DNA from: Candidatus Kapaibacterium sp.
GTDB taxonomy: Bacteria > Bacteroidota > Ignavibacteria > Kapaibacteriales > UBA2268
Assembly: GCA_963664875.1 (NCBI GenBank)
Contig: OY761611.1
Coordinates: forward strand, 2,112,001 to 2,176,000
DNA length: 64,000 nt
Direction: 5' to 3'
Shown piece after piece: positions 19,875-30,595 of this stretch; position 1 is the stretch's first letter; every line of letters starts with the position of its first letter. The position numbers and the translations under genes were made by a program. The notes below the pieces were generated by a model, which saw only the letters and a program-made list of their open reading frames with translations, was not told the origin of the DNA and searched no databases.

Positions 19875-21107
19875 TTATCTATCCTCCAAATATTTTTTAT
19901 GAGCAGCTACAACGTCTTCTGTTGTACTTCTTATGTATTTTTGTAATGACTTAATTGATTTATGACCAGACAGTCTGCAAACAGTAGATAGTGGAACGTT
20001 TTCATGTATCAACCAAGTAATAAATGTCCTTCTTGCAGTATGACTTGAAGCAGCTTCATATTTCGGTATCCTTTTTTCAACACGTTCCTTGCCTCTGAAA
20101 GAAGTGAGTATTATATCTTGATTTATCTCTGCCATTTTGCAAATTTCTTTAATCTTCCTATTGTAAACTTGACTACATTCTTTTGGTAATTGATAATTAT
20201 ATTTTTCAAGCATTTCTTTTGATATTTCATTATATGCGACAGTGACAGTTGTTGTTGTCTTTAGCATCTTAAAAGTAAGAGTTTGTTGACTCTTGTCAAA
20301 ATTTTCTGGTTTAAGATTAAACAAATCACTTACTCTTACTCCAGTATCAATTTGAAAGAGAAATAAATCTCTGTATTTTAAAATACCATCATCTAAATTA
20401 ATGAGATTTCTTATCCGATTTACTTCTACTATAGTTAGATAGATTGAATCTACTTCCTTCTGTATAACTTTCAATCCTTTTTTGTAAGCTACGGATGTAT
20501 GCCATTGTTGCTCATACGCATATCCCATAAATGTCTTTACTATTTTAACAACCTTACCAATAGAATTATCAGATAGATTATTTTGAATTAAAAATGTCGA
20601 AAATTTGCCTGCGAACACATCACCAACAGTAAAAAATTCTAATTGGTAATTTTCTTTTTTTACAAAGTTTTTTAAATGATTATAAGTAGATAAATAGCTG
20701 TCGATAGTTGATTTTTTTATCTGATTGCCATTACTCAATCTTATACCTGTTTTGGATCTCTCTATAAATTCTCTGAAATAGTCAAAAAATGTTTCTAAAG
20801 ATTTTGATGGATTGATTGTTCTTTCCAACTCATTTTTAAAATCTTCTTTTAGAAGAGGCAACATATGGCTAATTTTATTATTGTAAAATGTTACCATATG
20901 TGATTCGATTGTATGGAGAAAAGAATTTAGGTTTGTTGTATTTGTTGCACTACTTTTGAATCTCTTTTTCTTCTTATCCCAAAGTCTTTCGGAAAACTGT
21001 ATTCCTGTGTTTTTTTTGATTCTTGTTTTATTGAAATAGAGTTCGCAATACAGATAAACTTTATCTTTGCTTCGATGAGGATAAAATTTTACACTGATTC
21101 CTGCCAT
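19875..21107 (-). CDS. Tyrosine integrase (Bacteroidota-type, arm-binding + SAM-like + catalytic domains)
   Basis: TGVRVSDL, SSHTARRTF, SGH, QKYIR catalytic motifs. Confidence 0.9.
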   Translation of the reverse strand: MAGISVKFYPHRSKDKVYLYCELYFNKTRIKKNTGIQFSERLWDKKKKRFKSSATNTTNLNSFLHTIESHMVTFYNNKISHMLPLLKEDFKNELERTINPSKSLETFFDYFREFIERSKTGIRLSNGNQIKKSTIDSYLSTYNHLKNFVKKENYQLEFFTVGDVFAGKFSTFLIQNNLSDNSIGKVVKIVKTFMGYAYEQQWHTSVAYKKGLKVIQKEVDSIYLTIVEVNRIRNLINLDDGILKYRDLFLFQIDTGVRVSDLFNLKPENFDKSQQTLTFKMLKTTTTVTVAYNEISKEMLEKYNYQLPKECSQVYNRKIKEICKMAEINQDIILTSFRGKERVEKRIPKYEAASSHTARRTFITWLIHENVPLSTVCRLSGHKSIKSLQKYIRSTTEDVVAAHKKYLEDR

Positions 21108-21275
21108 ATTTAATTCCTTGTTTTATTAGTTGGGACGTATGTTGGGGCAAAAAGGTGCAATATAATGAAATATTATGCAATGTTGTTTTTGTCTATGGGG
21201 ATTAAAATCTACGTAAATTACTTAAAATCAAAGTATATGCCAATCAGTAGATTTCAGTGCAATTTATTGTGTTAG

Positions 21276-21290
21276 TCCGTCCCCGACCAC
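21276..21290 (+). repeat. att core direct repeat copy 1 (tRNA 3' end-like TCCGTCCCCGACCAC)
   Basis: Identical 15-mer at 36382-36396; ~170 bp upstream of an integrase; flanked by 12-bp-period arm-like repeats. Confidence 0.8.
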
Positions 21291-21447
21291 AAGGCAAAGC
21301 TCTAAATTGCTATTTTGCAAGGAGTTGAAAAGGTTTGAAAATGGTGTTATGACACATGTTATGACACCTGTTTCTTTTTTATACCTTCTGTGCTTATAAA
21401 ATACATTCAAAATCTTTGTATATCTTCCCTATTACCAACCTCAAAAT

Positions 21448-21684
21448 TCAATTGCGTTTGCAATATCCCCACGCCTGATAAACGTTTTCTCTTCCAGATC
21501 TCTCAAAACTGATAATAAGCTGCTGCTCTGATAGTAATTCAATATCTCTCTGCAAACTTCTCTTCGACACATCATCACCTTCGCAACTTAATTCGAACAG
21601 TAAATCTGAAATTGTTAACTGCCTACCTTTCATAAATTGCTTTAATATGTACACAGTTCTTTCTGCACGTCTCATAACAGCCAT
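21448..21684 (-). CDS. Small winged-HTH protein, paralog of 19388-19624
   Basis: AGGAGG SD; GDDVSKRSLQRDIELL...GRE.V..AWGY shared with paralog. Confidence 0.72.
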   Translation of the reverse strand: MAVMRRAERTVYILKQFMKGRQLTISDLLFELSCEGDDVSKRSLQRDIELLSEQQLIISFERSGRENVYQAWGYCKRN

Positions 21685-21699
21685 AAACACCTCCTATAG

Positions 21700-21759
21700 A
21701 TAATACGGACGTAAATTCGTGCAGTTACAATGTAATTATTCCAACGTCAATTATTGACG
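21700..21759 (-). promoter_or_regulatory. ECF-type promoter plus upstream palindromic operator
   Basis: ATTGTAAC-N16-CGTATTAT on minus strand; palindrome CGTCAA-TTA-TTGACG at 21745-21759. Confidence 0.55.
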
Positions 21760-21830
21760 ATGTATAATTAGCAGGAGATGTTATAGTTTTTCTATATAAT
21801 AAGATAAGAAAATGTATAAATTTAATACAA

Positions 21831-22790
21831 TTACTCTATAGCAATGTAGTTTAACAAGGTTTGATAGAGTTGGTCTTCAAACTTCTTTAGTAGTTCATCA
21901 TCATAATCATGTACTACAAAACCGTTATTTAACTTTGATTCCAATTGTTTTGGTCTATAAGTTTTAAATTTTGCTTTATGTGGTTTTAGTGTTTGTTGTA
22001 GTTTTTTCAAGCCACCTATTTGTTCTACTCCTATCTCAAATATAGCTGATATAACATCAGAGTTAGTTAGTTGTGTTGCTTTTGAAAAATCTAAATAGGT
22101 TGCAATAGATTGTTTCGGTATTGTGCAATAACTTTCTAAAATTAAATCAAGCATCTTATTCCATATATCCATACTGCATAAATTATACAGTGTAATATTT
22201 TGACCTAAAAAATTACTAACTTGCTTTAAATTTGTAAATTTAATCTAGTAACGTAAAATATTTTGGTTTAGGTTTGATTCTTTGGACTTATCGTATATAA
22301 CTATTGTATAATCCTTTCCTTTATAATAGATAGTATTGCTAAAGTTTCCATAAACAAAATCATCAAAATCTTTTTTTACGAAGACATTTTCAAGGTAATC
22401 ATTTACAGGTCTATCCAATGGTATATTAATTCCAAATTCAGCACTATATACTTCAATTTCATTCATGCCTACATCAAGAATTTTGGTTAGATAGTCAACA
22501 GCTTTTTCAACTAAATCGAATGTAAAACAACTTGAATTCTGATTTAGTAAAAATTTTTGCAACGAAAATTCAAAAGACAATACCTCATTTTGATTGAATT
22601 TAAACTTCAAATCATTGTAACTATAATAGCACCATATTTTGTCGTTGATTAAGTTTTTTTGAGCGGTTATTAGCTTCATGTGTTCAGACAATTGTCTTGA
22701 ATCATACCCCTGAATTCTACAACTTATTTTGTCAATCACTACTACACCATAGTTGTTTTTAACATATGGTATATAGTTGAACAAGTACAC
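21831..22790 (-). pseudogene. Phage/plasmid replication-initiator-like gene split by an in-frame TAG
   Basis: ORFs 22245..22790 and 21831..22172 share a frame with one TAG between; motifs EFGINI, IYDK, NILRY*IKF (homologues typically LRYE). Confidence 0.6.
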
Positions 22791-23158
22791 CCTAAATATA
22801 CTGTATAGGGTGGTATTGTGTGATATCTAATGCTGAGATATATAGTATATAACAAGAGGAATTGATAATGACTATAGCACTTACAAGCTGTCGGGTCGAC
22901 AGGATGTATCTAAATACAGTGTGGATTGCAACAAAACGATTCGGTGTTAAACAGGTAACTATACCTTGGTGGTGGCGTTACAGTGCAAAAGGAAGGCAAA
23001 TTATAAAAAGGGCTTCGCTGTTACCAACATCTATTGTTGAAGAATATAAAAGTGGTGATGAAGCGGATACAATCTATGTTAAATTTCTGCTGTAAAAATA
23101 GAAATGTTAGTTACTATACTGTCGTGATGGAGATTAAAGCTTTACTCTCTTAGTATAG

Positions 23159-23962
23159 TTATACAGAATATTTTATACTGAACTCCTTATAATACTTGGA
23201 TAGGGGTGAATCACTTGGAAGCATTTTTAGTATATCCTCCCAATGAATTGGCTTAAGATGGGATTTATATTCATCTTTTAAAACATTTTTTGAAAATACA
23301 GATTCGACCTCTTGTGCAACAGCCAAATTTGCTTTTGGATATAAGAAGATTACATAACTATTTTCATCTATATGGATTAAATTTCTAAAAATCTGATATC
23401 TTTGCAAGAACGTCTGACTGTTTGCATATTTGGGAGAAATTACACTCAGGTGGTGTTGGTAAATGTCTTCGTATTTCTTCAAATGCTCACTATCATTAGT
23501 GGCTTTTCCAAATCCATTTTCGGTATATTTGATTCCAAAATAGAATTTCTTTTCGTTTTCAGTTTTGAAATAGAAATCAAAGTTGGTCGGACGATGTCCA
23601 TTCTTGCTATCAATCTGTGAAGTTTTCTCAAATTCTATTGAATTATAATCAATGACTTCATCATCGATTTTTAAATATTCTAATATCAGGGAGAGTGTCC
23701 TTTCTGCAATTAGTGGGAAGAAGAAATTAATACACATTGCTTGTGATGAATTGAGATGATGGAAATAAATATGTTTCTTGATTCCAGCAAATCTACTTTG
23801 AAAAAACTTATCACGATAATCTTTTATCAAGTTAAAAGCACTATCTTCAACTTTTAAAATATGTGAATATGGAATACCCTTCCAAGTTCCTTCTGATACA
23901 TTAGGATACTTTGATTCTTTATAGCTGATTAGGCCTTGCTTTGCTTTTTTAGAATAACTCAT
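23159..23962 (-). CDS. Putative PD-(D/E)xK restriction-endonuclease-like protein (PGN_0703-like)
   Basis: HHLNSSQAMCINFF, FEK, TNFDF, IKYTE, YQIFRN motifs. Confidence 0.7.
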   Translation of the reverse strand: MSYSKKAKQGLISYKESKYPNVSEGTWKGIPYSHILKVEDSAFNLIKDYRDKFFQSRFAGIKKHIYFHHLNSSQAMCINFFFPLIAERTLSLILEYLKIDDEVIDYNSIEFEKTSQIDSKNGHRPTNFDFYFKTENEKKFYFGIKYTENGFGKATNDSEHLKKYEDIYQHHLSVISPKYANSQTFLQRYQIFRNLIHIDENSYVIFLYPKANLAVAQEVESVFSKNVLKDEYKSHLKPIHWEDILKMLPSDSPLSKYYKEFSIKYSV

Positions 23963-23974
23963 AAAGGTTCCCGT

Positions 23975-25234
23975 TTACTTTTTCTTTTTGATAATCTTTT
24001 TCAATATAGGGCTATATTCTAAATTTACAATCTCTTCTGTGCGAATATAGCTAATAGCTTGTCTGATGATTTCCAAAGGAACAAGGAACCATTCATTTGC
24101 TTTTCGAACTACACCTTTTGAATCTGTAACTTCAATATCCACTTGTGCAGACCTGAAAAAATCTTGAATCAATTTTTCGTATTTGTGGGCCTCAGCATTA
24201 TATATTTTGTAAGTATCTACTATTTTAACTGGAGCCATCAAATATGTTGTTGATTTCTCTGCATTTTTGATTCTCTCTTCAACGGGAGTTGTACAAAATC
24301 CAACCTTGTGTAAATCCCTTTCGTATTTTATTTTTGGTTGATTGCTTAGAGATTTAAGAATATATAAATATCCTGTAGGTTTGTCATCTTTTGTTATATC
24401 CGTTAGAGATGCTACTGCACTTATAATAGATTCTTCACTATTATCAGTTAAAACTTTGCCGTTGGCATATAGTATTTTAGCAACAGATCTATATAACATA
24501 TTTGATTCTGTTCCATTTTCAAAGATGCATCTTGTTCGCCCATCTTTTCTAATTCGTTTACCACTTTTAAAAGTTTGTTCTTCTTGTGTTATGTTGATTT
24601 TTTCTAAATAAAAGACAACACCATTATGTAAATAATAAGCTCCTTCTCTGAGGTTGTCTTCTTTAAAATCTATAAATTTCCTTGTTCCTTCTCTCAATTC
24701 TCTGTGTACAGTTTTGAATAAATGTTCGTAGTTGTGAAAATCTTTGCAAGGTTTTCTTTTAGCTACAAAATCTGAAGCGGCTCTTTCTGTTTCTTTTGGA
24801 ATATGCTTATATGTAAAAAGATCTGGCTCATCATCTTCAAACAGATTAAACTCATCATCATTCAAAATATCATCGATAGATTCTACTTGTTTCTTTTGTT
24901 TTGGTTGATACTTTGTTTGAGGTTCAGACACAAAATCCTTCGCAATTGATGGTAATAAGTCATAAACATCATGTTCCTTGAGTTGTTGTATTTTATTAGC
25001 ATCCGACTTTAAACCGTCTAATCTCCAGCATAAGCTGGCTTCGGTCATGTTGTCCGAATCAGATTTTGGTTCTCGGCCATTTTTCTTATAGAAAGAGTTG
25101 ATTTCCATAAATGAACTTAAGAGTCTGTCATCACTGCTAACTTTTTGTGTTTCTTCCTTCTTATCGTCTATTAAGTCAAACTCCGAGTCTGCCAAAACCT
25201 CATCTATAGATTTATATTTTTTACGCATTTCCAT
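23975..25234 (-). CDS. YeeC-like GIY-YIG/T5orf172 nuclease
   Basis: GYLYILKS...KVGF....VEERIKNA....TYLMAPV, EWF; follows YeeB-like helicase. Confidence 0.82.
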   Translation of the reverse strand: MEMRKKYKSIDEVLADSEFDLIDDKKEETQKVSSDDRLLSSFMEINSFYKKNGREPKSDSDNMTEASLCWRLDGLKSDANKIQQLKEHDVYDLLPSIAKDFVSEPQTKYQPKQKKQVESIDDILNDDEFNLFEDDEPDLFTYKHIPKETERAASDFVAKRKPCKDFHNYEHLFKTVHRELREGTRKFIDFKEDNLREGAYYLHNGVVFYLEKINITQEEQTFKSGKRIRKDGRTRCIFENGTESNMLYRSVAKILYANGKVLTDNSEESIISAVASLTDITKDDKPTGYLYILKSLSNQPKIKYERDLHKVGFCTTPVEERIKNAEKSTTYLMAPVKIVDTYKIYNAEAHKYEKLIQDFFRSAQVDIEVTDSKGVVRKANEWFLVPLEIIRQAISYIRTEEIVNLEYSPILKKIIKKKK

Positions 25235-27152
25235 TAGCTTTTCTTTTTCTTTTTTCGTTATTCAAAAATATTATTGCTTCAGCCATCCTACGTTCTTGAG
25301 GATTTGTAGATTCGATATCAGGTTTTTTATTATACTGTTTTATAAATTCCTTTATTTTAGGAAATAGCAGTATGGCTTCTTCTTCAGTCATTTTGATATG
25401 AATGCCATCTATTGTGTCTTTAATTACTTTTAAAACCTTAGATGTTACCGATTTTGATAATACTTCAAACGCTCTTTGGAATGGGTTTACCTGATCTATC
25501 AAGTCAATATGCAAATCATCAATATCTACAAAGCGTCCTGCCATATTTACAAAGCGTTTATCTCCTTCTTGTCTAATTGTTCCATTCTTGATTACAGAAT
25601 CTACAACAACATGTTGTCGTAATTCTTCAATTTCTTCCTCAGTGCAGTCAGGATACTTCTCTCTGATAATTTTTGGTATAATTACTGCATTCATCACTTC
25701 AGGATCTACATTACCTGGCATTGCCTTTAGCATATCCGAATTTTGCATTATAGCTGCTTTTAAATCATTCAAATCAGATTCAACGATATTTTTGACTCTT
25801 TGAGTTGAAGGCTCTTTAAATCCTTTTATCTTGATTTCTCCCTCTTGGGGTTTGTCCTCATCTGATATTTTGGTTTTGAATTTCCAATTAGGAGCTAATA
25901 CCTGTTCCATAAGTAGAGAGGCAGTAATGGCTTTTAGCATATTATTTACTGCAACCATTACTTCTTCATTTTTAGCGTCTGGTTGGGCTATTAAGTTCGT
26001 AAACTGAGCATGGTTTTTGTTTTCGCTATCTCTTGTAGCTCTTCCAATAATTTGAATGATTTCAGTAAGAGAACCTCTGTATCCAACTGTCAATGCATGT
26101 TCACAAAATGGCCAATCAAATCCTTCCTTCGCCATACCTAACGCAATAATCAAATCCATATCATCTACTTTTTTGATATTTCGAAGATAATCTACGATTC
26201 TATTCCTCTCATTTGGTCTGTCATCTACCAAATCTGCTACTTTAATCTTTTTTCCGTCGGTATGTCTTTTTAATAATATCACACCAGTATTTTTATCCTG
26301 TCCTATCACATCTCCGATTTCATCTAAAATAAAATCAACTTCATTATGTTTGTCTTTGGTAGATTCACCAGAATTTACAGAAGGGATGTGTAAAATAGTT
26401 TTCTTGTCGGTATCTAACACTTCCATTATGGCTTCTGTATATTTTCCTTGATAAAAGTGATAACCGATGCCCAGTGATTTCAGAAAGTCATATCCATTGA
26501 GCTGCTCATAATAGTTATAGGTTACTTTTGTAAACTTACGTTCGTCAGCAGGCAACAAAATGGGTACACTATCGCCTCTAAAATATGAACCTGTCATAGC
26601 TACAACATGAGCGGTAGAATTCTTCGTAATCGCTCTCAGCAAATCGCCCAATCTATTACCATCATCAGCAGATACATGATGGAACTCATCTATCGCAAGC
26701 ACAGTATCGTTAAATTTTACATCTTCAATAGATTCACAAGCAAAGCGAAGAGTTGAATGTGTACAAATCAAAATCTCTTCATTGCTCTCCATGAACTCCT
26801 TAAACTTTGGTACTTTTCTACTTGCACCACCTGGTGTGCAAAGATTCCATTCATCTTTAGGAGACCAATCTTCGAAGAATCCATATTTCTTGAGTTTTGT
26901 TTTAGAAAAAGAACTGCCAATTGCACGCTCTGGTACAGCAACTATTACTTTCTTCAACCCTTGATTTCTAAGTTTATCTAACCCAAGAAACATTAATGCC
27001 CTTGATTTCCCTGATGCTGGGGGTGATTTAATAAGTAAATATTGACTGTTTCGCTTTGCGTATGCTCTTGCCTGCATTTCACGCATGCCCAATTCGTTGA
27101 TGCTTGTACTTTGGCCCGTTTGCCCGTATGATACTTCTACTATATTTGTCAT
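25221..27152 (-). CDS. YeeB-like SF2 DEAD/DEAH helicase
   Basis: SPPASGKS Walker A, IDEFHH, MTGSYFRGD, MAKEGFDWP, QIIGRATRD; likely start ATG 27152. Confidence 0.88.
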   Translation of the reverse strand: MTNIVEVSYGQTGQSTSINELGMREMQARAYAKRNSQYLLIKSPPASGKSRALMFLGLDKLRNQGLKKVIVAVPERAIGSSFSKTKLKKYGFFEDWSPKDEWNLCTPGGASRKVPKFKEFMESNEEILICTHSTLRFACESIEDVKFNDTVLAIDEFHHVSADDGNRLGDLLRAITKNSTAHVVAMTGSYFRGDSVPILLPADERKFTKVTYNYYEQLNGYDFLKSLGIGYHFYQGKYTEAIMEVLDTDKKTILHIPSVNSGESTKDKHNEVDFILDEIGDVIGQDKNTGVILLKRHTDGKKIKVADLVDDRPNERNRIVDYLRNIKKVDDMDLIIALGMAKEGFDWPFCEHALTVGYRGSLTEIIQIIGRATRDSENKNHAQFTNLIAQPDAKNEEVMVAVNNMLKAITASLLMEQVLAPNWKFKTKISDEDKPQEGEIKIKGFKEPSTQRVKNIVESDLNDLKAAIMQNSDMLKAMPGNVDPEVMNAVIIPKIIREKYPDCTEEEIEELRQHVVVDSVIKNGTIRQEGDKRFVNMAGRFVDIDDLHIDLIDQVNPFQRAFEVLSKSVTSKVLKVIKDTIDGIHIKMTEEEAILLFPKIKEFIKQYNKKPDIESTNPQERRMAEAIIFLNNEKRKRKANGNA

Positions 27153-27399
27153 TGTATTTCTTTCTTTGTTTACATGAAGGTTTTGTTTTCGAATAAACCA
27201 CAATTTTAATAATTCTATTATTTCCTATATACCATGAGCTTACAAGATATTTAGGCTCGTTTTGGTTAGTATTTCTTGTTTAGATAGTGATTATTTCTAT
27301 TTGTTCATCGTTTTCATTTAACCACTATTTTCATTTTTCTATATCTTCAATCTGAGAAAATGTATATTTACAGCATAAAGCATGATGTTGTAGCTTGTT

Positions 27400-30090
27400 T
27401 TATTTTTTCTTTCTTCCTTTTCGTTTGGGCTTTGTCTGCTCAAATAAAGTATCTTTATATTGCTCTGCTTCAATCATCTTTTCGTATAGTTTGAAAAGAT
27501 GTTCCAAACGCTCTTCATCACTTTCGAAGGGCTTTGCTCTATAGCATCTTTCTATCACTTCGTCATTTGCAGTATGTGCGTCTCTAAGGCTTTGCGGCAT
27601 TTTGTCAGGATCGTATAACTCAGCCAAAGTTTTTTCAGAGTGTTTTTCTCTTTCTCTGATTATTGCTGAAGCGCTTCTTTTTATTTCTTTTTTCTGCTCT
27701 TCAGTTATGTTTGGAAAAGGAAAAGTGTTATATACCAATGTAGAAGAATATCTAAAATCTGTTTTTAATCTACCTGCAACTGTTTTTACCCAAGCCATAT
27801 GTATCTTAGAAGATAGCACTCCGAGGAGCCAAGGTTCTGCATCGTAAATAGAATGTGCAGAATCACTAATAACATCTTTTTCTGTGAGAAATCCCAAAGG
27901 GATATAGTCACGTGTTTCTGAGGAAACTCTGGGAACAATAATGGCGTTGTTTTTTTTGTATCTTCTTTCACCAAATGCATGTGGTTCACTTGCAAGTTTA
28001 TTTGTAGATTCCCTTTTGCTGTTTAACCTGGCCTGTTTTGTTTTGTCTATTCTTTCTTTTATTTCTTTAATTCTAATTGCATCTGATACTTCAGTGTCTT
28101 CAATCCATAAACAATACTTTTCTATTCCCCTGATAAACTCTAAGGATCCATATAATCTTTTTATATATTTTTCTGCTGAAGGGGCTGATGCAATAATACT
28201 TTTTTTCTCCTCTGCGGACAAAAGTAAATGACCTCCATCGTTTGCCATACTTCCAAAACACATTTGCGGTAAATTGGAAATAGAACTGCTCCTGCCTACA
28301 ACAAATATATCTTTAGCGTCTAATAAGTAAGCATTTATCCTTGATACCTGTTCTTCAAAATTGTTTTTGTACATTCTTTTAAATCGGATATCATTTTTAC
28401 AAACACCAATAATTGAAACTGTTACACCAGCTTTTCCTTTGGCATTATTAGTCCATTTAAAAGATTTGTGCACAAAGAAAATTGATAGTTCTTTTTTAGC
28501 TATGTATGGCCATAATATACTAACCTGATCCCCTTGGTTGATAGAGTTAGTTGTAACAAAAGCGTATTTTATACTGTACCAATCTGCATAATCAGTTGCT
28601 AATTTGAACCAGCAAGCTATGTAGTCAAGATTATTGTATTTTTTAAACCCATGAAAAACTTTTTTCATGTCATCTTTTTGAGCTTGAGATTGAAGCCTTG
28701 CACCCAAATACGGTGGATTTCCAAGAATATAAATTTCATCATCTATTTCTTTAGGGCAAACATCCTCCCAGTCAATTCGGCAAGCATTCCCTTTGACTAT
28801 TACTCCAGCATCATTCAAAGGAAGTGGAGGAGTCTTTATGCCAGATATTTTAAAATATTCGTGATCCATCTGATGTTTTGCAAGCCATAGAGACAGCTTG
28901 GCTACTTCACAAGCAGTTTCGTTTAGTTCTATACCGTAAAATTGAGATAGATTGATATTCGAAAATCCTGTAAAGTCACTCAATTTCTGCAAGATTTTCA
29001 TTTCTAATGAGCGAAGTTCTTTGTAAGCAATAATCAGAAAGTTCCCACTGCCACAGGCAGGATCAAATATTTTCAATTTATAGATTCTTATCAGAAGTTT
29101 CTTCAACTTGCTTTTGCTGTCTTCAGCTTTGTAAAACTCTTCATAAAGCTCATCAAGGAACAATGGGCTGATTACCTTCATTATATTAGGTACAGAAGTA
29201 TAATGTTTTGTATTGTCATCATCAGCCAGACCACGAACTACTGCTTGGATCATGGATCCGAAAATATCAGGATTGATGTCTTTCCAATCCAAATCACCAC
29301 TATCAAGTATCATTTTACGTGATTTCGTAGAAAACTTAGGTAATCTTATCTTTTCTCTAAATAAACCACCATTGACATAAGGAAATCTATCTAAATAATC
29401 AGGTAACTCTTTCCTGTCTTTGTTCGGTGTATCCAGAACTCTAAACAATCTGTCCAAATAGGTATTTAGATCACTTCCATCAGCCTTCGTATGATTATCT
29501 AACGCTTTTGTAAAGTAAGAATCTTCAAATATATCAGTGTCTTCAGCAAAGAAACAGAATAGTAATCGTGTAAAAAAGATATTGAGCTCGTGTAAAAATC
29601 TTTCTGCGGTATTGGGATTATCTTTCCTGATTTCATCAAAAAGCTTAGCCATTTTCTCAGCCGCCTTAACATCGGCAGGGTTTTCATTTTGGTGGTCTGC
29701 TTTTTCAATACCAGCGAAAGGGAAGAAAAAGTCATAATGCTTATATAATTCAGAAAATTCAATTTCGATTTTATCATCTACTTTCGTATCTATGGCAACA
29801 AATGTTTTGAAATTTGTCAAAATTACAAAGCGTTGTTGATGTTTAAGGTTATCAGCAATTTCTATAGCGTCTGTAAGAATTGTGTTCGAATCAGTAATCT
29901 TATAAAATAACTTCTTTTTCCAAGACACTTCACCTGGAACTTCAGACATATTATATCTACCGCCTGGTTTTAGAAACTTTACGGTACTTTTTGGAGTCTC
30001 GTATAGTTTAAGTAGCTCATAAATAAAAGTGTCTCTATCGTAGTTTTTGACAAGCTTTTTTATATCTTCTTCCAACTTTGTTATATTCAT
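27400..30090 (-). CDS. YeeA/MmeI-like N6-adenine DNA methyltransferase with target-recognition domain
   Basis: FPYVNGGLF, INPDIFGSM, DPACGSGNFL, GNPPYLG, YSSTLVYNTFPFP. Confidence 0.9.
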   Translation of the reverse strand: MNITKLEEDIKKLVKNYDRDTFIYELLKLYETPKSTVKFLKPGGRYNMSEVPGEVSWKKKLFYKITDSNTILTDAIEIADNLKHQQRFVILTNFKTFVAIDTKVDDKIEIEFSELYKHYDFFFPFAGIEKADHQNENPADVKAAEKMAKLFDEIRKDNPNTAERFLHELNIFFTRLLFCFFAEDTDIFEDSYFTKALDNHTKADGSDLNTYLDRLFRVLDTPNKDRKELPDYLDRFPYVNGGLFREKIRLPKFSTKSRKMILDSGDLDWKDINPDIFGSMIQAVVRGLADDDNTKHYTSVPNIMKVISPLFLDELYEEFYKAEDSKSKLKKLLIRIYKLKIFDPACGSGNFLIIAYKELRSLEMKILQKLSDFTGFSNINLSQFYGIELNETACEVAKLSLWLAKHQMDHEYFKISGIKTPPLPLNDAGVIVKGNACRIDWEDVCPKEIDDEIYILGNPPYLGARLQSQAQKDDMKKVFHGFKKYNNLDYIACWFKLATDYADWYSIKYAFVTTNSINQGDQVSILWPYIAKKELSIFFVHKSFKWTNNAKGKAGVTVSIIGVCKNDIRFKRMYKNNFEEQVSRINAYLLDAKDIFVVGRSSSISNLPQMCFGSMANDGGHLLLSAEEKKSIIASAPSAEKYIKRLYGSLEFIRGIEKYCLWIEDTEVSDAIRIKEIKERIDKTKQARLNSKRESTNKLASEPHAFGERRYKKNNAIIVPRVSSETRDYIPLGFLTEKDVISDSAHSIYDAEPWLLGVLSSKIHMAWVKTVAGRLKTDFRYSSTLVYNTFPFPNITEEQKKEIKRSASAIIREREKHSEKTLAELYDPDKMPQSLRDAHTANDEVIERCYRAKPFESDEERLEHLFKLYEKMIEAEQYKDTLFEQTKPKRKGRKKK

Positions 30091-30595
30091 GACTCACGCA
30101 AAAAAGATGATTGAATTGTGCCAATTTAGTTTACAGATATCCCTGAAACCAAGGAACATAGATACTTTTGCAAATGTTTACTATGCTGTCTATGTAATAT
30201 CATTAATATACCACAAGATATGAAAGAATACAAGCAAATATGCAGTCAAATACCAAAACAAGGACTAATAAAATACTATTTTTACATAATTACATAAAAA
30301 CAGTACCAACTTATTCTTTTCAATATCAATATTTTTATTAAATTAAGGTATATTCAAGTAATGACAATGATAGTTGCGTTGGAATACAGCTTTATTACGA
30401 CGCTGAGCATCCGTAGGTGTATATATGACTGGAACTACTAATAAGAAACTTCCCTTGATTACTTATAAAGCAATGCTATCTCAGCTTGATGGTCAAGAGA
30501 GTCATAGATTTAGGTGGACAGATTAATCATTATAAAACGTATTTATAGATATTGCTGTTACTTAGGAAATAGAAGTAAAATAGGAGGAAGGCGAA

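Noticed and set aside
22862-23095. 77-aa + strand ORF
   Set aside because: TTG start, no recognisable domain; may be a fragment but cannot be supported.
27153-27399. Possible small gene between the yeeA-like and yeeB-like genes
   Set aside because: Multiple stops; at most a decayed remnant. The ORF-track extension of the helicase to 27203 is likely spurious.
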